Part shown: positions 52,279 through 62,200 of the stretch, piece after piece
Layout of the letters: the number at the start of each line of letters is the position of its first letter
How positions within the stretch are numbered: the first letter of the stretch is position 1
NCBI GenBank assembly: GCA_000182565.2
Contig: KQ257457.1
From: Spizellomyces punctatus DAOM BR117
Lineage: Eukaryota
Length of the DNA: 64,000 bases
Strand: one strand, 5' to 3'
Notes under the pieces: model-generated
The model's database searches: none
Seen by the model: the letters and a program-made list of their open reading frames with translations, nothing else
Told to the model about the DNA's origin: nothing
Translations under genes and position numbers: made by a program

Positions 52279-53511
52279 TCATGATCCAGAAGGAGCAAGA
52301 CCAGGTTTGGCTGCGCTTTCACGCTTCTTTTTGCGTCTCCCCCACTTGCGCTGTCCACCATCCCCGCCCTCTGCCCACTTTTCCTTCCAAATCCACTGCT
52401 CACCCACAATTCGCTTCCCTCCCTTCACCGCTTCTCTGAGCCATCTCGCCGCGCGCTTTTTATCCCGCTTCACGCCGTTTCCTCCTCTTAAATACAGATA
52501 TCCAACTTCTGCCTGTGCATCTGCATCACCTAATTGAGCAGCAAGTTGAAAGTAGTAAAGGGCTGTTGACTTTGATTTGGGTACGCCCCATCCTTGATGA
52601 TAGCACACGCCGACCTCGTAAAGTGGGAGCGGAAGAAAGGAACGAGCTACTACAAATTGATCACGTCGGCGGTTAGAGTCATCACGTAATTGACGGGTCA
52701 AGGGAGATGGTGGTGAGGGGGAATTGGCATCATCGCTCTGTAGCGTAATAGGTGATGGTACGTTGGGAGAACCTGTGGATGCGCGCCGAAGCGATGGAAA
52801 CGTAAGCGACGCAAGGGAAAACCGCTTCCATTTTGGAGTAGTAGGGGAAATCGGAGGGGATGTTGCCGTAAGTGGAGACTCTGGACTATATTCCCCTTCA
52901 GACGACGATCCAGAAGACTGTGAAGGAAGACGATCCAAGCTGGCCGCTCTTGAAAGGGGTGGCGATTGACTTGGTAATGTGATAGAGTGCCTACGTGAAA
53001 ATTCCTCCTCAGCAGCTTCCGGAAGACTCGGCAATATGTTCTTTTCAATCTGTCCTTCAGCGCCGCTTCCCCAGTCAAATCCCGTGCCCGCGTCTGCTCC
53101 CTCAACCTGCAACCTAGGCAAAGCCTCCAAAACGATACCGGCCGCCCTTTCAAACAATCTTACGGCCTCTGGCATATCCTGTGTACATCCCCAGCCGTGC
53201 CGAAGCGCCATGGCAAACAAATACATGCCGACAGCATGGCCCTGTCGAGCCGATATGGAGAGATAGTGCGCGGAGATTGACATGTCACCCGTGTCGTGGT
53301 AATGAATTCCGAGTTGGAGAGGGTCGTTTATGTCCACCCCAGCAGGAGGTGAGGGAAGCGGAGATGGGAGACAAGCCAAAGCAATGTGCGGGTCAAGTCC
53401 TTCCAAGATCTCTGGTTTCCGATATGCCGTCTCTTGTTTCTCCGGTAAACCTTCCAGCACGCAGTCGTTCAGACGCTCTCCATCCAACTTTTTCTCCTTG
53501 TCGGGATCCAT
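52279..53511 (-). CDS. Sel1-repeat protein (Dsf2/Nif1-like)
   Basis: LGIHYHD..GMYLFAMALRHGWGC..LYEVGVCYHQGWGVPKSKSTALYYFQLAAQLGDADAQ..KKRAARWLREA..GEQWIWKEKW. Confidence 0.88.
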   Translation of the reverse strand: MDPDKEKKLDGERLNDCVLEGLPEKQETAYRKPEILEGLDPHIALACLPSPLPSPPAGVDINDPLQLGIHYHDTGDMSISAHYLSISARQGHAVGMYLFAMALRHGWGCTQDMPEAVRLFERAAGIVLEALPRLQVEGADAGTGFDWGSGAEGQIEKNILPSLPEAAEEEFSRRHSITLPSQSPPLSRAASLDRLPSQSSGSSSEGEYSPESPLTATSPPISPTTPKWKRFSLASLTFPSLRRASTGSPNVPSPITLQSDDANSPSPPSPLTRQLRDDSNRRRDQFVVARSFLPLPLYEVGVCYHQGWGVPKSKSTALYYFQLAAQLGDADAQAEVGYLYLRGGNGVKRDKKRAARWLREAVKGGKRIVGEQWIWKEKWAEGGDGGQRKWGRRKKKRESAAKPGLAPSGS

Positions 53512-53864
53512 CACTTTAGGTTAAAAGTCCAAGATTTAGCGCCTGCTCGAAAATCAAATCATGACACCAACTCCTTGAAACGGTCTATCACGTAAGCTCG
53601 ATCACATGACCTTCATCAAGGGCCGATCACCTTTCCGTTTCCTGTTGATCTGCTCAGACGGGCGAAGCAAAGCGCCCAATATCTGCAAAATATCACCGTG
53701 GTGAAGTGGAATGAAGGGTTGGTCGTCAGAAGTATAAACCAAGAAGATATGCTGCGGAGGACTGTGTGGTCTAATGCTTAGTGTGTGGGCGACTGAAAGT
53801 GTCACTAGGTCGTCATATTTTAAATAGCCGCGGTCGCGGCATTCCCTCCTTAGCCCATCCTGAC

Positions 53865-54023
53865 ATGGGTTGTCCAACATGCAACGGCACCGACCATAGC
53901 CGGGCATCCAGCAAACTTTGCTCCTTCTACAAACCTCGAAAGAAAAACGAAGCTCAGGCGGGTTTGAAAAGGAAGAGGGATACCGACCTTCCCGATGACG
54001 AAATCTTCGTTCTTTCCACTGTT
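53865..54023 (+). mobile_element. Truncated N-terminus of a transposon-type protein (Zn knuckle plus basic NLS)
   Basis: ATG 53865: MGCPTCNGTDHSRASSKLCSFYKPRKK...LKRKR...DDEIFVLSTV, then non-protein-like sequence; TATA-like TTTAAATA upstream. Confidence 0.4.
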
Positions 54024-54387
54024 GTAAATCACTCAAAGTTCATCGCATGTGTAATCTACATTAAACTATGGTGTAAAACACATATACCGCATTATTATCC
54101 TGTGCGATTCACACCAATTTCCATACGTTATCACAATATACCCATTTTTGGTTTAAATTGCGGGTTTGCCATCCATTCTCCCACATCCTCGTGCCTCCGA
54201 ATCGTCGTCCCAGTCGATTAATCGCTAAGCGAGTCTTCCTCATCGAATCGGAAATCTAGGATTACTGGGTTGCCTGGATGACTCCAACAAGCCAACCACC
54301 GATAGGGACCTTGTCCTTCCGGGAGTTGATGATCGGGATCCCAGTATGTGAAAAAAGATAAGGATCCTCTCCGGGTGTTCCCCAACA

Positions 54388-54801
54388 ATGCTTGCGATCG
54401 GGACGGAGAGCGCACACCCTGGTTGCCGTGGACAACCACGAGTATTTCCTACTATGTAAGTGCCTTGTCCTTTTCCCCGTCAACTGCTCGCAGGTGCTGA
54501 GAGAACCTGGTTTTTAGGACTTTTTATTTTATAGCGTACCGAGGACTTACAAGATATCGTTCAGTCGAGCTAAAATTGACCAATTCATGGTTAAATTTGC
54601 CAACGACGATGAGATTGGCGCCGACTGCGGCACTTACAGCAATACAAACAATGGGTGTGATGTTCCGAAGGGGACTCCTCCTGTAAGTATTACCCTTTCT
54701 TTCTGCAGCAAACGTCATGTTGAGCGGAATGATGAATGCATACATTGCTTTTATCAATACTTTGCAGGGCTTGCTTGACGAAGTGTCTGATCATAGGGCT
54801 G
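54388..54801 (+). pseudogene. Spliced gene fragment of unknown family
   Basis: Two GTAAGT...AG intron-like segments (~54456-54534, ~54683-54767) flank an open exon (VPRTYKISFSRAKIDQFMVKFANDDEIGADCGTYSNTNNGCDVPKGTPP). Confidence 0.3.
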
Positions 54802-55023
54802 TGTACGTGCCTTCGTTATCGTATATGTACGGGTCGAAGCGGTACATGTTGGGCTGTGAAAACGATTTCCTGTTTTTTTTTGTTTTGTTTTTTTTTTTTT
54901 TCTGCCTTGTAAATGCTGCTTGGACCAATAGAGCGCTTAGTCACGATTTTGTCAGCGCTTAGTCACAGTCGGGGTGACCCAAAGTTACCAGTGAACTCTC
55001 CATCGCCATGCTCGTCCTTGGGA

Positions 55024-55542
55024 ATGGCGGAACCCACCCCTCAGTTACAACATCTACCTCGCTTGCCCGGAGAGGTCATCGACAATATCCTTCTCTATGT
55101 CCAGAACCCATTGACTCGCTTTCGTTTCGCTGTCACCCTCAGGAGGATCCTTGTGCGCGACATCACCATCCCAGAACTGCCGCAATGCACGTGGCATGAA
55201 GCTGCCAGACTCGCCCGCACTGACTTGCTCCGCTGGTGGGATGCCCGTTGGCGGAAAGTAGGTGGGGTTCCCTCGCCTTCCTCCCTCTCCCGGCTCCAAG
55301 ACGCCGGCGTTGAAAGGGGTCATGTGGACGTCCTCCAGGTTTGGGCTTCTAGCTTGCCCAGATTCCATCCGAGGAAGAACCCGTACTATACTGCTTCCTT
55401 CAATGGCCAGGTCCAGGTCTTGCAGTGGCTCAAGGACATTGGATATCCTGTTGATGAGCTTCCCAGATTCCCCTACATGGATGATGCTTTTCGTGGTAAG
55501 CCCGCCCTCACTCTTCAGTGGTGGAAAGACAGCGGTTTGTAA
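55024..55542 (+). pseudogene. F-box-like + Trp-rich ankyrin-repeat gene interrupted by the LTR element
   Basis: LPRLPGEVIDNILLYV, then repeats WHEAARLARTDLLRWW / AGVERGHVDVLQVW / TASFNGQVQVLQWL / TLQWWKDSGL. The stop codon is supplied by the first bases of the LTR. Confidence 0.75.
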
Positions 55543-56137
55543 CGACGAGGACGTCTTCGAGAGATCGCGAGTAAGCCCAAATCGGACGCGGGAAGCACGA
55601 ATCGCGTGACCAACTCCACCGATTGGGTTACCGCGACCGAAAAAACCGGTTCGGAGAATGGCAATTGGCGCATTAGATTTCAGCGTGCCTCGTACAACCT
55701 GTGGAGGCCCGAGCCAGTGCGGAAAAGGAAGAGATCGGTACCGCCACCAATAAATCAGTTGCGGTGCAGCGACACCCATTAGTTTAGTTTAGTTTAACAG
55801 TTTATCCAAGAATCTTGTATAAAAAGGATGTATTCAATAAAATAAGTCGGGGGCAGAAGCCGTAGCGACAAAAAATCCCCATAACTCGCTTCTCAACTCC
55901 AATCTTAGGTTAACAGGAACCTAACAGAGCGCTTCAACGGCCTGATCACCCGTACCGAAGCCTCTAAATCCTGCTCGGTTCACAACTAACCGACTCTCCT
56001 TGCCTCTCGCCCCCAAGTCGCTACCGACGCCCAAAGAAAGGATTCGGAGACTATGATTCCTAGTACGGCCACCCACATAACCTGCTAGGAGACCCAAGTC
56101 GTCTTTACCGTAGTCTACCAACAAAAAATCCGTTACA
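55538..56137 (+). repeat. 5' LTR (600 bp)
   Basis: Inverted termini TGTAACG...CGTTACA; TATAAAA at 55818, AATAAA at 55836; first 172 nt identical to 63829-64000. Confidence 0.97.
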
Positions 56138-56152
56138 TGGTGGAGAAGCGCG
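56138..56152 (+). promoter_or_regulatory. Primer-binding site (tRNA-Ala-like)
   Basis: TGGTGGAGAAGCGCG directly after the LTR, complementary to a ...CUUCUCCACCA tRNA 3' end typical of tRNA-Ala. Confidence 0.75.
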
Positions 56153-56292
56153 ACGAACCGCCTTCCCCTCTCAAATTCAGCTGAAAACCTTATTCGGTCG
56201 TACCGAAACTCTTGCGCAAACCGAGATCCGCTCAGGTAGCTACTCGGAAACCTTTTCTCTCGTTTCGGAGACAGAACTTCACGAAACCGAGA

Positions 56293-59200
56293 ATGATGCC
56301 GGTCGAACGCTCACCAACGCGAGGCCGCTCACCTGTGATCCAGACTCGTAGTCAGGGTCCTGCGGAGGACGTCGAAGTCCCTCCCGCAACACGCCCAAGG
56401 CGTTCAGGGACCACTTCCGTCGAACCGGAAGCCCCTAACTTGGCCACGATGGCCTCTGAAGTGGCAGCGTTAAAAGAAGACATTGCCCGCTCGACTGCTG
56501 CAACGCAGTTGGCAACTCAAAACCTTACGGAACAGCTTCATAGGCTTTCCGAACGTCAGACAGCGGCGGATGAGCGCCTCGCACGAGCCTTAGAAGCCCT
56601 AGCGCATCGCCCGCTGCCTGAACAACCTCCCATAGCACGAGCTACAAGAGAACGGTCCGCAACCCCGTGGGAAACGGCGGACACACCAAGGGAGCGTACC
56701 GAACCAAGTTTTTCAGGTGCGGTGCCTCCAATCCAAGTGCCAGCGGCCCCGTGGGCCAGCGACACCAAGATCGATTCCTTGAAAGCAAAGGACGTACCCG
56801 AGTTTACGGGCAGAAGAAACCAAGACATTGAAGAATGGCTTAACAAAGTCCAACTTCTTCAAAACATTAGCGCAACGTCGGATGCCAGGATGGTACAGCT
56901 CCTACCAGCCATGATAGCCGAGAAAACCCCTGCTGACGCTTGGTTTTACACTCTGGAAGCCCAGGAAACTCGCTCATGGACCTGGAAAAGGTGGAAAGAG
57001 GAACTGCTTCGAGAGTTCCGAGATCCCCTAACCGAGTCCAAGTGCAAAACCGAATATGTGCGCTGCCATGCGAACCCCAAAGAATTTCGCAGCTTTCTCG
57101 CGTTCATCGACCACAAAACTCATCTCCGGCGCCTCGCTTATGGCGACCGGGCAAACATAGAATGTCCCGCTGACCAGCATTTCGACCTAATAGTCGAACA
57201 ATTGCCCAGCGACATCCAAATCATGGTCAAATCCTGTAACGTCACGAACCTGACCAAATTAAAAGACTTCCTGCGCCTTTATTTCGGCTCTGATGACACC
57301 AGAAAACGAGACCCTTGCTACAGCGGTGCTGCAGAAGCTCAGAAGAAGTCACAAAAGACCGGAACCGACAAAGGCCCTAAGCAGACGGCTCCGCATAAAA
57401 CCGGAAACCCCGAAAAGGGTCGCGATGGTCCTCAGAAGATGGTTCCGGACCCCAACAAGGAACCACCGGCACCCTGCAAATTCTGTCAGAAAAAGCATTG
57501 GAATGTTTTCTGCTGGCAGAACCCGAACCGAAAAGATCCTGAAGATGGAAAGAAAGGACCATATGGAGCACCCATGCCCTCAGGTTGGAAACCCAAACAG
57601 GAATCGAAGAAGGCGTACATAGTGGAGCTGGACTCGACGTCCGCTACCACCGAGACTCTTTTTTCGGCTTCGGAACTGGAAAGAACGGAAGCCGCTAATC
57701 AAGGATTCCACACCATCGGGTTCTTTCATTCACCCAAGCACTCGGAATCAACAATTTTGATGACCGCACCTCTTTCCAAGGTCACGGTGACCAAGGAAGA
57801 GGACCCCCGCACGCCCACGCAGGGCTGGGACCGAGTCTGGGACAACATAGCCATCATCTGGGGCACCCCGCAAGTGGCTCTGATGATGGGCAACAACCCC
57901 CGCGCGCTCAGCTTCTTCGCCAAAGAACCGAAGCGAGGCGCCGGGCACCTCGGGAACGACCCCTACGCAGTCGCGTGGAGTTCCCACCACCTCTACATCG
58001 CTGCCGCAGCCGAAGCTGACAAGGATCGAATCCTGCGAAAGGTCCGAGAAGACGGTACCCCTCGTTTGATTCTCCTTGCCTGGATAAAGCTCGACGAGCG
58101 CGAGAAATTCTTGATGTGGAGCTCTGAAGATCCTGTTATCTTTGATGCGTACGCCAACCTGCAACTGGTGGCATTTCTCCTGACAGGCAATATCGTTCGC
58201 TCAGACTATTATTATCGTCGCGGAAACCCCAAATTTCGGCACGTTAAAGACCATCCACGTCTCCAAAGACACGAAGAGAGCGAACGGACGCGTATAGTCA
58301 TGCTGGCTATCGAACAAGTTGCTCGCCAGAATAAAACAACAAAACCACAAAACGACAAAACTAGAGAACACTTTGAGAGTGTGATCAAGGCTACGGAAGC
58401 AACAATTAACGACATCGCGCCCCATTTCGAGATCGCGGTGCCTTCTATCAACGCCTTCTACTCAGTAGATTTAGGCGATGTACTCAAAAGCCAGACTAAG
58501 ACCCAAATGCAGCCTTGCTGGACGCTAGCCGTCATCGCGCAGCTCTGGGCACCTGTGGTACTAGACACAGGGGCCTGCGAGTCTCTGATTTCCGACACGT
58601 ACCAAGGCCTTCTGTTCTCCGAAACCGATTTGCAGGATGCGGAAACGATGGCTTTCAACGGCATTGGTGGACGTATCTCATCTACCAAGACAGTATGCCT
58701 CGAAACTTCCCTCAGAGGCCGCGGCGGAGAATACCTGACTTTCCGCGCCTACTTTCGGGTCATCGCGTATGGGAAACCTCTCATCATCCTAGCCAACGAC
58801 GTTTTGGGACATTTGAAACTCCAAACCTTGGTTCAGGAACCCCCGTTACCCAGTTTCGCGGTGACGCTCAAGAATCCAGACATCCTTATCCCCTGCTCCA
58901 TAACGGATGAGCTGGACACCGATCACATGCGCGGCACGCCATACAAGACCAAGCAGGGTGAATTCATGAAGGATGTGTCAATGCCACGGCTGACCAAAGC
59001 CAAAGCTCAGAAGTCTAGATTAACCATGTTAATCACGGGACAGACGCGCGTGGCAGCCCAAACTTTTCTCATCGAAAACCCTCTTGAGGCCACCGCTGCT
59101 AGCTCAACGGTCCCGTTAGGCCTCAAACTGTCCACCGCGACCCATAATTCGGTTGCGGACCCCGAAGAGAACATTTCCAAAGAAGAATGGCAGACACTTC

Positions 59201-62200
59201 GGAACAAATGGAACCTCGACTCTACGGAGAGGGCTCCAGGGGCCTTCGAAGCCCAATTAAAAGACGCGGAACGTTTCCACGTCGATCTCAAGCGACCCAA
59301 ACCCGTGGTCTGGGCCCTAATCAACATTCTACGACACTTCCATCAAGCCTTCAGCTATGAGGGTCATCTCATAGGGAACTACACCAAGATTCCTTATGCG
59401 CCTCGATTTATCTCGGCTCCGCCACCCCTTTCGAGGCCACGGTCGTACTCTCCGTTGGAGCGGACAGCCCTCGAGACGGAGCGAGACACCATGATGGGGC
59501 TTCAGAGGTGGAAACGAACCACCGAAGTAACCTTTGCCAGCGATCCTGTTATCATTCGCTATGCAGACAAACCCCCGCGCGTAGCCTTCGACTATCGCCG
59601 AGCCAACGACTGCATGGCCTGGGATCCATATCCCTTTCCCATCATGCTCGACATCCTGAACTGGATCGTCGCAGTCCCATTCCGATACATATCGGGAGGT
59701 GACGCAAACAAAGGATTCTACCAAATCGCCATCACCGATGCGTCGGTACGCAAATGGCTCGCGCTCAGACTCCATGACGGCATCTACGAACCACTCTTTA
59801 TGCCCTTCGGACCCAAGACTGCCCCCTCGCACTTCTGTCGGGTGATGGACGACACCTTGGGTCCCTCCAAATGGCGAAATATCAACAACTTCGTCGACGA
59901 TATCCACACACGAGCGGAGACAGCCGCGGAAGCCCTAGACGCCATTGCGGACTGGCTCGACCGCTTTTCCAGAGCCAAACTCACCCTAAGACTCGACAAG
60001 TGTCAATGGCTCTTTCACCAGCTCACGGCCCTCGGTTTCGTTGCCTCCTCTCAGGGTCTCGCTACCGATCCAGACAAGGTCGCAACCATAGTCGATTGGC
60101 CACAACCCAAATTCATAGGTGACCTATGGTCATTCGTGGGTCTCCTAGGGTTCTACGCCCAATTCATTTCTCGCTACGCGGAACTCGTCCGACCCCTGCA
60201 AGACGCTATCCAAGAGGGCGTTCGCGAATACCGAGACCTTAAAAAGGGTCGCGCTGACCCGAAGAAAGGCGCTGAAAAGCTCAATTCACCATCCATGCTC
60301 GACACGGCGGTGGCCCCTACAATCACAGCCACCGGAGCCCGATTTGAGGTTTCGCAACATCCGAAATCTAGCTCCTCAGACCTACCGGCGGTCAATCTAC
60401 GCCAATCATCGCTGGCGGACTTACCCATTGACCCCTTTTGTGTCGGACGCCTTGCTCGCAAGCGCCCCGACCAAGGTCTGCGCAGATTTATCGCGAAGCG
60501 TGAAGTTTCATGGACCGATTCCCGAAACTCTGCCTTTGCAGCCGCCAAGCAGGCTCTGACAACAGCTCCAGTGCTCGCGGCACCCAGAAAAGGGTTCCCC
60601 TACACCCTTCACAGTGACGCTTCCTACACAGCATTTAATGTCACGCTCGAACAGTTACAGCCGGATGCTTCTAAACGCCCGCTGTGCTACCATTCCCGAG
60701 GCACCACCACCTCGGAAAAGAAGGCCCCCCCCGTCGAACTCGAGGCCGGATGCCTCATTTGGGGCCTCGGAAAACTCCGCCCATACCTCGAAGGCCTGCC
60801 TTTCACGGTCATTACTGATCACCGAGCTCTTTTGTGGCTCACTAAATACAAAGGCGAGAACCGTAAGCTTCTCCGCTGGGCCCTCGATCTTAGTTACTGG
60901 TCCGAATGGATGACAATCGTTCACAAACCAGGACATTTTCACATTGTCGCTGATACACTTTCACGGCTACTAGGAGCGGAAACCCTACTCTGCTCCACCG
61001 CGACCCAAATATGGGTGTCGAAACGCGGAAGACGACGGCTGCGCACCACACCAGCTGCTCTCACACCTTCCTCGACACTGGCAGATGCCGTCTTTCGTCT
61101 GGCCTTACAGCCTGCACTCATTGCCGCCATCCGCGCTGGCCTCACCGGCCAGCTCCACCCCATAGCCCAACAGGCCCGCACGCTCCTATGGGAGACCAGC
61201 CCCGACACGTACACTACCGCCGACACGCGCTTTCTTCAGGACTGGCAACGTGCAGATAACCTGCTGTGGCACCGTTTTTCAGTCTCCGAAGACCTTTGGC
61301 GCCTTTACGTGCCCCCTGCTTGCACCCCTGAGGTGCGCAAGCTTTTTCACGAGGGGGGAGGACACTTCGGATTCGAAAGAACCTACGCTAGAGCTGCAGC
61401 GCAAGTCTGGTGGCCGAAAATGGCACAAGATTTCAGAAAACACTGCGCAGGATGTGAAACCTGTCAACGCTCAAAAAGGGTACCGCAACTGATTCCGGGG
61501 TTGCTGAAACCCATACCACCAGCTCCGGGACGCTGGACAGTCATCACGACTGACTTCGTAACCAAGCTCCCACTTACTTCCAGAGGGTACGACGCCTTTT
61601 GGTTAATAGCATGTAAATGCTCAAAGAGGATCCACGTATGGCCCCTCAAGAGCACTGCGACAGCTATTCAGGTCGCGGAACTCTTTATAGAGCGCTACGT
61701 CCCATTGCACGGCATCCCGGAGACCATTATCTCGGACCGCAACTCCAAATTTACGAGTCGATTTTGGCAGGAGGTCTGCAAAAACCTAAAGATTAATCAA
61801 GAGCTCACCACAGCCTACCACCCTCAAGGTGATGGACAATCAGAAAGAGACAACGCAACGGTCTTGCAGGTCCTTACCACAATGGTCAACACCCGATTAG
61901 ATGACTGGGACACCTTTCTTCCGGTTGCGGAATTCATTATCAACGATACGGTACACGAGGCGACAAAAATGACGCGATTCAGAATGGACCTAGGCTATGA
62001 GCCCCACAATCCACTGGCGGACATCGTCGAAAGGCCGTCAGAAACCAGAAATGCAGATGCGGAGGAGCTCTGTAAACACCTCGGCGACCTAAACATCCTT
62101 ATCCGAGATCTGATGATCGAAGCCCAGGATTCGCAGAAAAGATATTACGATTTATCGCGACGACATTTGGAGTTCCGGAGAGGAGATAAGGTGCTTCTGA

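Noticed and set aside
55054-55779. 241-aa antisense ORF starting in the LTR
   Set aside because: Spans the insertion junction, is antisense to the ankyrin gene and has no recognisable motifs.
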